Below, piece after piece: positions 11,652 through 25,013 of a DNA stretch of 36,996 nt. Below the pieces are notes generated by a model. That model was not told the origin of the DNA and searched no databases. It worked only from the letters and a program-made list of their open reading frames with translations. Position numbers and translations under genes: made by a program. Source of the stretch: Octopus sinensis (taxonomy: Eukaryota); assembly GCF_006345805.1 (NCBI RefSeq), contig NW_021836871.1, positions 1-36,996 on the forward strand, given 5' to 3'. The stretch's first letter is position 1, and every line of letters begins with the position of its first letter.

Positions 11652-11776
11652 CACATTTTTCAGGTAAAAACCAAGCATTATGCATAGTTTCTGATGTTGT
11701 ATTCATTACGCTTTGCACACTAGCTGCAGTTGTACAGCCACCTCTTGTACTGTTGGTCAAACAATCCAACCTGCCG
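11652..11776 (-). CDS. Host-gene exon G (phase 2 to 1): GRLDCLTNSTRGGCTTAASVQSVMNTTSETMHNAWFLPEKC
   Basis: Acceptor ttttttttag (alternative in-frame AG 6 nt downstream gives a start at 11770), donor G|gtaagt. Only one open frame, and it fits exon F. Confidence 0.7.
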
Positions 11777-12114
11777 CTAAAAAAAACCCAAATAAACAAA
11801 GATTATAAAATAAATAAATAAATAAATAAAATATTTTAATTGTTCTAATCTATGAATTTATAGACATCCACTGGACATCAAACGCAATGGTTAATAGTTT
11901 AGAGCAAAGGCAATACACTATATCACTGACAAAAAACATCTCTCAAGACACGACATCACACAGACGAATGAAGGAACTACAAACTATGCTGGTTTCAAGT
12001 AAGGCATTGGAAGATTGTGAAAGAAACTATTTATTGGGGTCTAATTATATCACTACTAAATAAAGAAAGTTTGATTTGAAAAAAAGGAGGAAAAACAGAT
12101 ATTTAAAATATGTT

Positions 12115-12179
12115 GTGTGTGTGTATATATATATACATATACACACATATACATACAACTATATATATATATATATCAT

Positions 12180-12223
<44 letters not shown>

Positions 12224-12379
12224 ACATATATATATACATACATACATATATACATACATACATACATACATATATATATGCATACATACATATATACATA
12301 CATACATACATATATACACATATATATATATATATAATACATAATATATATATATAGATACATACATATATATATATAG

Positions 12380-12410
<31 letters not shown>

Positions 12411-12521
12411 GATACATACATATATATATATAGATACATATATATATATATAGATACATACATATATATATACATACATATATATATATATAGATAGATA
12501 CATACATATATATTATATACA

Positions 12522-12554
<33 letters not shown>

Positions 12555-12772
12555 TCATAATTATATATATTATATATTCATACATATATATATATTCATA
12601 CATATATATATTCATACATATATATATATTCATACATATATATATATATACATACATATATATATACATACATATATAAATTCATACATATATATATATA
12701 TATACATACATATATATATATATATACATACATATATATATATACATACATATATATATATATACATACATA

Positions 12773-12813
<41 letters not shown>

Positions 12814-13035
12814 ATACATACATATATATAAATACATACATATAAATACATACATATATATATACATATATATATACCTAACATATATTACATACATATA
12901 TATATACATACATATATATATATTCATATATATATATATATATATACATATATATAAATCATACATTATATATATTCATATATATATATAATATATATAT
13001 AATATTCATATATAATATATATATATTATATATTC

Positions 13036-13066
<31 letters not shown>

Positions 13067-13410
13067 ATATATATATATTCATATATATATATATATATAT
13101 ATACATCTATATAAATATATACATATAATATTCATATATAATATATATATATACACACATATATATACATACAATATATATACATATATATATATATTCA
13201 TATATATATATATATACATATATATAAATATATACATATATAAAATATATATACATTATATATATTATACATATATAAATATATATATATAATATATACA
13301 TATACATATATATACATATATATATATATATATATTAATATATATAGATATATATATATATATATATATTATCATATTATACATATATATATACATATAT
13401 AATAGAATAT
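12115..13410. repeat. ~1.3-kb compound TA/TACA/TAGA microsatellite
   Basis: Direct reading. Confidence 0.95.
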
Positions 13411-13629
13411 TAAAATAACTAAGTCTCTCTAAAAGAGAACAACGGCAGCGTTCCCGGAAAATAATAGTTATCGCCATACTAATATGGCATTCTTATAAAA
13501 ATAAGAAAAAAGCTGTCCGCTTATTAGCTCCATGAGGCCATCGCCTTAAGTTAGCTATTTGATACACAAACTGTATCCATATAACCTTCGAACAAGGGAG
13601 GTCAGTCGCTCCACACTACTTGACTGGCA

Positions 13630-13671
13630 GCTACAGACACGTTTCGGAGTATTGCCCCTTTTCAATGCAGC
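13630..13671 (-). ncRNA. Minimal type I hammerhead ribozyme with mutated core, in a PLE pLTR-like fragment (~13410-13675)
   Basis: GCUGCA-UUGAAAA-GGGG-CAAUA-CUCC-GAAA-CGUG-UC-UGUAGC. All three stems pair. The core differs from CUGANGA at C3 and G8. Confidence 0.72.
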
Positions 13672-13820
13672 GTATATGTATATGTATATATATATATATA
13701 TGTATATATATACATATATACATATATACATATATATATATATGTATATATATATACATATATATATACATATATATATATACATATATATATATATACA
13801 TATATATATATACATATATA

Positions 13821-14029
13821 CTCTTTTACTCTTTTACTTGTTTCAGTCATTTGACTGCGGCCATGCTGGAGCACCGCCTTCAGTCGAGCAAATCGACCCC
13901 GGAACCTATTCTTTGTAAGCCCAGTACTTATTCTATCGGTCTCTTTTGCCGAACCGCTAAGTGACGGGGACGTAAACACACCAGCATCAGTTGTCAGGCA
14001 ATGCTAGGGGGACAAACACAGACACACAA

Positions 14030-14062
<33 letters not shown>

Positions 14063-14233
14063 CACATATACGACAGGCTTCTTTCAGTTTCCGTCTACCA
14101 AATCCACTCACAAGGCATTGGTCGGCCCGGGGCTATAGCAGAAGACACTTGCCCAAGATGCCACGCAGTGGGACTGAACCCGGAACCATGTGGTTGGTTA
14201 GCAAGCTACTTACAACACAGCCACTCCTGCGCC
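13821..14233 (-). mobile_element. Full-length tRNA-derived SINE, family A
   Basis: A box TGGCTGTGT..., B box GGTTCAGTCCC, tail ...actgaaacaagtaaaagagtaaaagag. Confidence 0.92.
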
Positions 14234-14243
14234 TGTATATACA

Positions 14244-14277
<34 letters not shown>

Positions 14278-14286
14278 CATATATAC

Positions 14287-14317
<31 letters not shown>

Positions 14318-14780
14318 TACATATATATGTATATATACATACACATATATATATATACATATATATGTATATATACATACACATATATATATATACATAT
14401 ATATGTATATATACATATATATTCATATACATATATATATATATATACATATATATATACATATACATATATATATATATATACATATATATATACATAT
14501 ACATATATATATACATATACATATATATATACATATACATATATATATACATATATATAAACATATATATATACATATACATATATATATACATATACAT
14601 ATATATATACATATACATATATATATAACATATACATTATATATACATATATATATACATATACATATTATATACTATACATATATATATACATATACAT
14701 ATATATATATACATATACATATATATATACATATACATATATATATACATATACATATATATTACATATATATATATATG
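14234..14780. repeat. (TA)n/(TACATA)n microsatellite
   Basis: Direct reading. Confidence 0.95.
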
Positions 14781-16915
14781 ATTGATTGATTGATTCTGGT
14801 TTCAGCTCATGAGCTGTGGCCATGCTGGGGCACCACCATTTGGTGTTGCTACATGGTTTTACGTCAGGAATGCTTTTTAGCAACTGCCATTTGGTGCATG
14901 AGAGAGTTCGATGCAGCTGCCCTCATCTGCACCTCCTGCCGTGGAGTTGGTTCATCTGGGATACCTGGGATACCTGGGATATCTCGATGGCAAATTTGGA
15001 GTCCTAGGCACCACGCAGTGGCGCCCAGTTCTGGCATTTGTTTAACTCTCGATGCCAAAGTTTGGGACAAGTCCCTCCAGGATCTTCCAGATGTATATTA
15101 TGGCATATCTTTCTCACCTATGCTCCAAGGAATAGAGTTTTAATCTCTTGAGTCTTTCCCAGTAGCTTATATTCTGCATAGAGGCTATCTTCTTCGTGTA
15201 GCTACGTTGGATCACCTCAAGTTCTGTGATCAACTTGACACTGGATGGTGACCATAGCTGAGAGCAATAGTCAAAGTGGCTTAGGACAAGTGTCCTCCAG
15301 AGGACCATCATGGTTTCTTGTTCTCTTGTTCTAAAGGTTCTGAGAATCCATCCGGCCAGTCGTCTACATTTCATTGCCAATTTAGCAACATGTACACGAA
15401 AGGTTGCGTCATCACTCATGTAAATACCCAGGTCACGCACTGATTGTGCTCTGGGATTGCAATTCCTCCGGTCCAGTGTATTCATTGGGTATTGCATTTA
15501 GTTTTGCATGCTGATAGTATAAAGCTTGAAACTTTCCAGCATTGAACTGCATGCTATTCTTTTCAGCCCACTTGTATATTTTGTCCAGCTCACATTGCAG
15601 GCGTTTAGTGTCCTCAGGGTTCTGTATTGCCTGTGAAACTTTTGTATCATCTGCATAACTTGTGATCGTGGCTCTCTGCGTGGCTGAGGGCATGTCTGAG
15701 TGGGCCATTATGAACAGTAGTGGTCCCAAAACAGTGCCCTGCGGAACACCGCTCACTATTTGCGTGTTAATGGAAGTGGCCCCATTGGCTACTACCACCT
15801 GACTTCTATCTTTCAGAAAGTCATGAAGCCATTCTCCCAGTTTTCCAACTATGTTGAGATCACGCAGTTTTTGACATATCATTCCATGATCGACTTTATC
15901 AAAGGCCTTTGCAAAGTCGAGATATATCACTTCCACATTTGAGTGGTTGAGCAGTCGTTTCAGCACCCAGTCATAGTGTTGTAGGAGCTGAGTTAAGCAG
16001 CTTCTCCCTGGTCAGAAACCATGTTGGGTGTCGGGCAGCAAGTCATTTTCTTCAAGGAAGGTGATCAGTTTCCTTCTGACTATTCGTTCCATGACCTTGC
16101 TGATGTGTGAGGTCAGAGAGATAGGTCTATAGTTCTTGGCCTCCGCTCTGCTACCTCCTTTATGAATAGGGCATACTTTACCTTCCTTCAGTTTTCTTGG
16201 AAGTTTGCCAGCTGCAAGGAAGCTCTGAAAGAGGAACTGCAGTGGTCTTGCTAGGACTCTCTTACATACTTTTAGGAGGATTGCCGGGAATCCATCGGGG
16301 CCAGTAGCTGAGTTTGTTTTCATTTCATCTATAGCCTTTATTACATCGTCTTCCTTTATATCGATGTAATCTATCGTCGCCGCCTCTGATTTTATATCTG
16401 CAGTGGTAAAGAAGAAGTCAGTTGGATTGGTGATTTGGAGATGCCCAAGGGGTGGAGTGAAAACACTCTTGAATTGCTCATTCAGTATTTCACTTACCCT
16501 TATTGGTTTTCCTGTAAGTGTGCCATCCTTTTCAAGCAGTGGCCCTATCCTACAGTGCACCGTAGCTGTTTCTTTGGCATACCTGTAGAAAGCTCTGGGG
16601 TTAGATTTTATGTTGTCTATAACCCAGGCTTCTTTGTCTGCTCTCCTTTTCATGGGAGAGTTGCAGACATTTTTCAATTTAACAACAGTTTTATTTTCAG
16701 GCGGGACTTTTCACTGCTTTCAATCTGTTTGTTTAGGCGATTTGAAATTTTTGTATGCCGTCTCATTAAAATTTTCCTCTCTCTGGGGATTTTGTTCTTG
16801 TGTACAGTGGCCTTTCTCTCTGGGATACATGATTTAAGTATTTTAATCTCTGAGCAGCATACCAACAGCAATGAAAATTTGTCTACAGTTCATTACTCGT
16901 CACACAAAGAATCAA
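14781..16915 (-). mobile_element. CR1-like LINE, 5' truncated, with 3' UTR and (TCAA)n tail
   Basis: ORF2 pieces NYRPISLTSHISKVMERIV, IYLDFAKAFDKVDH, GVPQGTVLGPLLF, YADDTK, SHFDYCSQLWSP and LKLYSLEHR. Confidence 0.92.
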
Positions 16916-17104
16916 CCTAAGCCAACATGCTGGAGATACATCTGTGTAATTGAGGAGCTGACCATGGGAATTCTCTAAAATATTTTCTCAACTATTTCAG
17001 TGTTATAAGTGTACTCAGGCGATACTGACCAGGGACTGTTTAGCAATAATAAAAACAAATTACATTAAAACAGAAGTATAAGGTTAAGAGAAATGGTGAC
17101 TTAC

Positions 17105-17141
17105 ACACAAGCTTCCTCTTTACATTGCTTTGGTTCACAAT
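17105..17141 (-). CDS. Host-gene exon F (37 nt, phase 1 to 2): CEPKQCKEEAC
   Basis: Acceptor tttttcatttcaacag, donor GT|gtaagt. The phases bridge exon D and exon G. Confidence 0.7.
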
Positions 17142-17202
17142 CTGTTGAAATGAAAAACAGGATATGACATTACAGAGCAATACAATGCAATATACAATAA
17201 CA

Positions 17203-17508
17203 CAAGGTGGCGAGCTGGCAGAAACGTTAGCACGCCAGGCGAAATGCTTAGCGGTATTTCATCTGCCGTTATGTTCTGAGTTCAAATTCTGCCGAGGTCG
17301 ACTTTGCCTTTCATCCTTTCAGGGTCAATAAATTAAGTACCAGTTACGCACTGGCGTCGATGTAATCAACTTAATCCCTTTGTCTGTCCTTGTTTGTCCC
17401 TTCTATGTTTAGCCCCTTGTGAGCAATAAAGAAATAAGAAACATTAGCATGCCAGGTGAAATGCTTAGCGGTATTTCATCTGTCTTTACGTTCTGAGTTC
17501 AAATTCCA
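17203..17508 (+). mobile_element. tRNA-derived SINE, family B, with duplicated head and a Nin/Deu-like central domain
   Basis: gaaacgttagcacgccaggcgaaatgcttagcggtatttc...ctgagttcaaattc occurs twice (~17220 and ~17438). The intervening gccgaggtcgactttgcctttcatcctttc...aagtacc resembles the Nin domain as recalled. Confidence 0.75.
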
Positions 17509-17509
17509 C

Positions 17510-19075
17510 AACATCATCATTATCTGCTTTCCATGCTGGCATGGGTTGGACAGTTTGACTGAAAACTGGTAAGCCAGGGTGCTGCACCAGGTTCCGATCA
17601 GATTTGGCAAGGTTTCTATGGCTGAATGCCCTTCCTAATGCCTACCACTCTGAGAGTGTAGTGAGTGTTTTTTATGTGCCACTGACCTGACATTGGCCAC
17701 AACCACAGTCTCACTTGGCTTGACAAGTCTACACAAGCACAGTACATCACCAAAGGTCTTGGTCACCTGTCACTGCCTCCATGAGTTCCAATACTCAAAT
17801 GGTGCCACTTGCACAGGTGCCACTCAGATGGCACTGGCATTGACCATGACTACAATTTCAGTCAATTCGACAAGCCTTCACAAGCACAACCTACTGCCCA
17901 ATGGTTGAAGGGTGCGTTTAATGGCAACACTGGCATCAGCCATAAGTGATCTCACTTGGCTTGATGGGTCTTCTTAAGTATGTCTTCTTAAGTATCTCCA
18001 AAAGTCTCAGTCACTTGTCATTGCCTCTGTGAAACCAGACACTCAAAGATTGTGCTTCACCACCTCATCTCATTTTTCCCTGGGTCTAACTCTTTCACAG
18101 GCTCCCTCCACCATTAGAGTGCAACACTTCTTCACACAGCTGTCCTCATCCATATGCATCACATGACTATACCAGTACAGTCGTCTCTCTTGCTTCTTAT
18201 GTCTGATTTTTCTCTCAGGATGCTTACACTCTGTTGTGCATGTACACTGACATTACACATCCGGCACAGCAGACTAGCTTCATTTCTTACAAGTCTATGC
18301 ATGTCCTCAGCAGTCACAATCCAGATTTCACTGCCATGTTCTATGGCTGTTCACACACAGGCATCATACAGTCTGCCTTTCACTGTGAATGAGAGGCCCT
18401 TTGTTACCAACAGAGGCAATAGCTCTCTGAACTTAGCTCAGCCTATTCTCATTCTAGCAGCTACACTCTCAGAGCATCCACCCCCACTACTGACTTGGTC
18501 ACCTAGGTAACAGAAGTTGTCAACAACTACTAGTTTTTATCCCCTGTCATGTGATGGAATCTATTTCTGTACATTTTTAGTGCTTATTATACTTGTGCAC
18601 CTTCCACACAAAAACTATCTTCCCTGTTAACCCTCCTCTGAAATTGCTGCACCTCTTATGTGTCCATAGCTTACACCAGGTACATCTTTTTTAAACAAAC
18701 TCTCTCTCTCTCTAATTAGTTGGGCTATGACCCTCTTCATGACTTTCATTACCTGACCCAACAATTTGATACCTCTGTAATTATTTCTATCTAAAATGTC
18801 ACCTTTACCTTTGGTGACATTTGACTATAGGGCTGCTATGCCACTCATTGGATATAACTCCTTCATGTACCACTTGGTTAACTATACAGGTAACTAGGCC
18901 ATGGCCTACACTACCAGATAATTTAAGCACTTCAGCGGTGATTCCTGATGGGCCAAGGTCTTTCCCTGTCTTCATATCTTTAATTGCTTTATCTACCAAG
19001 GTACTGTTGATTTGGATAGCTAGTCCCACAACTGGGTCAACATTTGGCAGACTCTCTTTCTCCCATGTAATTCTG
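17510..19075 (-). mobile_element. RTE family B LINE fragment (RT region and 3' UTR, decayed)
   Basis: Minus-strand KDMKTGKDLGPSGITAEVLKLSG. C-terminal DNA is homologous to 31000-31570, and the element ends in a (GAT)n tail at ~17512. Confidence 0.85.
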
Positions 19076-19263
19076 AGAAAATAATTTGGACTTTTATCAA
19101 CATACTTTATTTTCCTTTAGAAAGGTCTAAAGTTTGTTCCTACTCAGATTAAATTGTAAAAAAATAGAAAGCAATCAGAATTATATTTATTTTAGCTGAA
19201 AATTTCAATTGAAATGTTCTCATAGTCTTAATTAAATACATGGAAAATTTTTAATTTTAAAAT

Positions 19264-19398
<135 letters not shown>

Positions 19399-19992
19399 TT
19401 TGTTTCTGCATTTGTGGCACTTTTAGCAAAATTCATTCTTGCAAGCTTTTGAGTTAAGCCTCTTATTTGAAGATAGCCTTTTGCTACCAGTCACAGAGAC
19501 CCTGGAAAAGGTTATGGGTACTGCTCCTTCTTTTGTGACTGAGCCATTAAAAAACAAAGCTATTTTTTCTTCCTTGTCAATGGTTGGACATCCAAAGCTG
19601 GAGCTCCATAACCAAGCTAACATGGAGCTATTTTTATGGGTTTTTTTTTATTGCCTTAAAAAAAATACAATGGAAACTATAGGTGTGTGTGAAAAGCTGT
19701 CAGCATTTAAGACAACTTTTCAAAAATATTTGCACTGACTGGTCAGTAAATTACTTTTTCTTCCAAAGAACTACTATCATTTCATTATTTGTTAATCAAG
19801 CTTAATGCCTGAGCCGAACAGAAACTTCATAACTTAAATGTTACCAGAAAGGACTGCAGTGTGATCCAAACAAAAAGAGGTAGAATGATATAGGTCAAGA
19901 TTAAGGTAATACGAATGAAGAGATTGCTGCAAGCTTTCGAAATATCAGTAGTTTTGAATTTCGGTTATGAGGTTCTTGTTTTTTCATCTTAC

Positions 19993-20040
19993 CAAAGTAA
20001 GATTCCCTGAAGGTTACTGAATCAAGATTTCCCCCAAATT
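19993..20040 (-). CDS. Possible optional host-gene exon E (48 nt, phase 1 to 1): FGGNLDSVTFRESYF
   Basis: Acceptor tattgtag and donor G|gtaaga; frame-preserving. It is not required for the gene model. Confidence 0.35.
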
Positions 20041-21881
20041 CTACAATACTTTCATATGAGTGTGAAAGGGTAATTATTATACCAAATAACTGCAAATAAT
20101 TCACAAACAATTCATGCCAAATATTGCACTTATTATTGGCTCAATGGGTTGAATGTGAGAGTGTATAGGTGAAATATGACTTTCAATAATAGCACATTTC
20201 AACAAATACAGCATGAATTGAGGTCAAGCCTGCTGATGTTCTTGACTCACTCCAGGTAGAGCTTACTTGGAAGGGGTAGTTGTGGTCATGAAAGAGTGGA
20301 AGTGGGGGACGCAATAGAGGTCAGGGGTTGCTAAAAGGGGTCCAAAGGACCCTCTAGTGGTTGACAAGGAATTTCAGGAGGGGGTCGATGATAGCCAATG
20401 GGGGTCGGCATGCAAAAGACCAGCTCAGCCAGGTGAACTGCCTGAAAGACTTAGTGCCATGCTCATCCCTCACATTGATGATGTCAATTTCAATAAAAGA
20501 TATTCCAACAATATGATGTGCTTTTCTCATTTTCTGTGAACACAATTTCATAACAATTGAAAGTTTAATACTGTAGACTCATACATACAATTCTAATTTT
20601 AAAAAGTGTGCCATCTTCAATAGAATTTCTTAATTTGTCATACATTTTAATCGCCCAGTACCCAGTATACATTTATGATATTGTATGGTAGGGTATTAAG
20701 ATATTTTAAATGAGGAGGGTGGTTGGTGCAGAAGGAGAAGTGGCTAAAGGGGGTCAATGGTCGAAAAAGTTTGGCAACCCCTGATATAAGTAATGAGAGA
20801 AGAGAGAGCTGGCAGGCCGAGTAGAGGTGAGACAGTGACACAGAGTAGAGGCTACTATAGTAGATGTAGAAAAGGCAGAGTAACAAGATAATGCCAAAAA
20901 AAACTTGAAATGTATTGGAGCAACTTTATGTGAATTAGTTGGATAGGTTTCTTTTTTTTAACAGTCTAAGATGCATAGATACACTTCCTAAAATCATTTA
21001 AATATATAAAAAATGTAATTAGTTACTCAAGAAACAAAACACTACAAATATTGTCACACATAATTTAGATAGTAACACAATATCTTTTTGATATTCATAG
21101 CTATTAAAGGGCCTTCCTATAGAACCGAATCAGAAATTTTCAGTTGTAAAAAAATTGGAGAGGAGACTTCTTTGCTGCCCTCCCCTCTCTGTAATTTATC
21201 AGTTTGATGTAATTCAAGATTTTTCTTTAGGTCAAGGCTTTTAACATCTGAAATTCTGATTCTTTGAAAATATGTTTAACTTTTTGTTTCTGACTTCTTT
21301 CAATTGAAAAAAAAAATCATTCTGAAATTTCGAAGCATAAAAAAAGTAAATAAGTAAAAAATTAAAAAATTATGAGGAAAACAAAATTTAAAAAGAAATA
21401 AAAATTAAATACATCACCATATTATTGAATATGGGAAAATATTTTCACATAATCATAATCTTTGGTGTTTAAGGAAAAATATTTTTTTAAATGTTAAAAA
21501 TGGAAAGGTTACAGAAAGTGGGGGAAAGAAGCAAACAAATTTTTTAAATTGAAATTTTGAATTTTTTAAAATTTTCAAGCAGTATTATCTTGAATGTGTG
21601 AAATGTAAATTTGAAAAAAACTTTCCAAAAAGTCAAACATGAAAAATTTCAGAAAGGGTGGGAGGGGTGAAATTTTCCATCTTGCTTTTTTTCATTTTTG
21701 TTTTTCTTGCAATCTATGATGATTGAAATATCATAGAAAATACAGACTTTGGCTTATTAGATAACTTCCAACTCAGTTTTCTAATAGTTAAAGAAAAATG
21801 TTACCATCTTAAATAATACTAAGTCATCTGGTTAAGTAGAGGGACAGGAGTGAGACAGGTATCTAGAAACTGACTACTTAC

Positions 21882-21973
21882 TGTTGCATTCCTTTGCAAA
21901 CTTTTGCAACTGTGGAACATTTGAGACATCACAGCCTCCATCTTCAAAACAAGTTTTTAATCTCTGAAGAAGT
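21882..21973 (-). CDS. Host-gene exon D (92 nt, phase 2 to 1): LLQRLKTCFEDGGCDVSNVPQLQKFAKECN
   Basis: Acceptor ccttgtattttag, donor A|gtaagt. In frame with exon C. Confidence 0.82.
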
Positions 21974-23339
21974 CTAAAATACAAGGAATAATTTTATTTT
22001 ATATAATTTTAAATACAATGTTATCTTGTCATAAGATGAATAGTTATGCGATTTGAGATAGTTGAAGAAAAAATTCTGAATAAAGCCTTGTTTTCTATAT
22101 TTCTTTTAATGACAGACTATAGGTAAGGTATTTTAAACATTAATGTGGAAATACTTGTAATTTGAGATTGCTTAGCTGTAAAATGGGAAAGGCTCAATTG
22201 AAAAACATCTGAGATTGGAACCATTTTATCATGAATAGGAAACTATTTAACAATGAATTGGGGAAACTCTAGCTTGGAAGAGAGAACTTCTTGGTACAGA
22301 TGTCTAGAGTAGTAGCTAACAAAATTTCTTTGTAGAAACTGTTTCTATGACATTTTTTTTACTAGTCTACTTTTCTGAAAAGGCTAATAAAGTCTTTCTT
22401 AAAACCCATATATAACCATAGCTATTCATATGATAGTATATTGCGAATCTATTACCTCTGAATACTGATATATCTAAGATATGGAAAGCATCTGTCAACA
22501 TATTTCCCTCATTGGAAATATACCTACCTAAAACAACACTATTCAGTGATAATGAAAAAGACATGTATCAATTATAATGAAACTAACAGACAGGAATGAG
22601 AAAAGCAGGGAGGAGATTCTGGAGCAACAACATTGTGGATAGGAAGGACTAATTGGTTAGTGAAGAGCCTGGAGGGGTGTTGGACACAATGTAGATGATA
22701 CAAAAGGAAGAGGAGAGATGAATGTGTCAAAAGTGCCTGAGTAGAGGTGGTACAAGGCCAGCCAGATCTGAAGAAGATAAGCTATGAGCTAGCAGTTGGA
22801 CAACCTGTGAATGATTTTATATTAATTAGTTAAAGAACTTTGTTTGGATGTGATTAAGGATATATTAGTGTGCACAACAGCAACACCATGTGAAGTGTGG
22901 TAGCAATTCTTTCACTTCTACTGCTACATGCAAAATCAATTTCATGACTGGCTGACTTTCAGAAGTTTGTACTGTAAATGGCAATGTCATTTGAATCAGA
23001 GAACACCAAAAGTCTTTATCTTTTGTATCATAGCCTTTTGAAATAGCATGGATCTCATAGCACTAGTGCTACATTTCATTCAAATACAATCATATCTATA
23101 TGCATGTAAATACATACACATAAATATACATATAGTTCTACTAGGATAGCAAAACTAAAATTAAAAACAGGAGAGTCAGTTGAATACAGTATTGTGTCAT
23201 AGAATGGTGGGTAAGTTTCAGGGAGTTTATATAGCGACCTGGTTTTAACATCTGGCTTAATTTCTACTTTGCACCACATTCTCTGAGGTGCTTTTTACCA
23301 TTACCAAAATTTGAAAAGAGGTAAAGAAATAATATTTAC

Positions 23340-23400
23340 AGGCAGTTGTCTTTTCTTTTGTTAAGATCTTCAAATTCTTGACGGCATTTCACATAGCATT
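23340..23400 (-). CDS. Host-gene exon C (61 nt, phase 1 to 2): CYVKCRQEFEDLNKRKDNC
   Basis: Acceptor ttttcttaattgtttcag, donor CT|gtaaat. The other two frames contain stops. Confidence 0.8.
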
Positions 23401-24038
23401 CTGAAACAATTAAGAAAACAGACATTTGTGATTAACTGTAAAAACTTTATTATTGTATCATGAAGTTTCACAACATATGGTCTCAAAACTTGTGATATGT
23501 TTAAAAAAGTCCAAAGTACCAAACTACAGATGCTGAAATCACTCAGTAACTCAATGCTAAGAAAACTTTAAAATGATACCAGAAGTATTCTGAGTTCAAT
23601 TTATTGTAAACATATTTTAAACAAAGATATCTTTATAACCGAAGTTGTAGACATAGAGTTTGTCATGAATGAAGAGTAAGAGAAAAGTAAAGTAAAGCCA
23701 TATTTGTTAGTCATGGAACATCTTTCATTTGAGGCCAACAGCTGACACGTTACTCTTTACTTTTACAGTTATGTTCCTGAGTACTATTTTAAGATACTTT
23801 CATCTTGTCACACTCACTATGTAAAAACAAAATATAGTAATGCCCTGTCGATTTCTTCCAACACAACTTTAATTTTAAACAGTATTTTTATTTTACATTT
23901 TCTAAATAAAACAGTATAATAGCAGACTCACCTTTTTATTTTTATTAATTTTTTTTTACTAGCATACATGAAGTGGAGAATGGTAGCATATTAGTTTAAG
24001 AAAAGTCATGATGTATTTTATGAAAAATTGTTACTTAC

Positions 24039-24106
24039 TACAGTTATCACGCAAATCCTCCTCAGTGAGATTTGGACAAATATCTATTTGGCATGAATAC
24101 ACTTCA
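24039..24106 (-). CDS. Host-gene exon B (68 nt, phase 2 to 1): EVYSCQIDICPNLTEEDLRDNC
   Basis: Acceptor ctgttttcttttccag, donor A|gtaagt. The phases bridge exon A and exon C. Confidence 0.82.
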
Positions 24107-24159
24107 CTGGAAAAGAAAACAGCGCAAATTAAAAAAATACTTACAATGTATGTGTGGAA

Positions 24160-24190
<31 letters not shown>

Positions 24191-24379
24191 CATCAGCAAA
24201 AGCTTTTTAACATCCACTTTTCCATGGTTGCACATGTCAGATGGAATTCACTGTAGTAGATTTTCTGTGGTTGTAAGCCCTTTCTATCATCAATTTTCAT
24301 CTGTTTCTAATTGAAGTAATATTTCTCCTTAGCCAGATATGTCTTCATGAAAGAATGAAAGTGAATGAGAGAATATGTA

Positions 24380-24545
24380 TGACAAAGACACATGCACACA
24401 CACACACATGGGTGTCCTTCACTTTCTGCCTACCAAATTCACTTACAAGGCTTTGGTTGGCCCAGAGCAATGGTAGAAAACTCTTTCACAATATGTCATG
24501 CAGTGGGAGTGAACCTAAACCTTCTTTACTACACAGCCACACCTG
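24380..24545 (-). mobile_element. Diverged 5' part of a family A SINE
   Basis: ctaccaaattcacttacaaggctttggttggccc...gcagtgggagtgaacc...cacagccacacctg is collinear with family A. Confidence 0.65.
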
Positions 24546-25013
24546 TATGCAGATATGTAAATGAACATGGATGTAAACACATACACATGCACACACTATC
24601 CTCATTATCTTGTTTTCCATGCTGCTCTAGGCTCGAAGGATCATCAGGACCTGAATTCTTATTTAGACTTGATGTACTCCTAGACTGGTTGGGGATCACA
24701 GCTTACTTGTCGATTCCAAATTTGGTATTGTATCTGAGGCTAGATGCTCTTCAAATCAACAATTCTTCGAGAGAGGTTGTTTTGTCACCCACAATATTGA
24801 GTCCTTTGTTCTTTCATGGTAGTATGACCAAGAGGGTGTATAGAAGAAAGAAGTATGTAGTACATTACTAGAGGATGTAGTGCATTACCAACAGTGATAT
24901 ATATGACCCATGGAAATCACATTGAGGAGACTCAATAAAGAATAACCATGAAAAGAAAGTAATTAAACTATTTAATTAATTAAAAAGTTAATTAAAGAGA
25001 TAATAGTTCTTAC

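Noticed and set aside
19427-19510. Possible plus-strand exon QNSFLQAFELSLLFEDSLLLPVTETLEK
   Set aside because: Splice-like sites are present, but no partner plus-strand exons or recognisable protein were found.
20474-20533. Candidate minus-strand exon (cacag|AAAATG...AAT|gtgagg)
   Set aside because: The phase-1 frame needed to join the gene has an in-frame TGA, and the 3-Cys pattern is absent. It would require an assumed indel.
22458-22530. Candidate minus-strand exon GRYISNEGNMLTDAF...
   Set aside because: It is open only as phase 1 to 1 but lies in a phase-2 intron, where the frame has an immediate stop.
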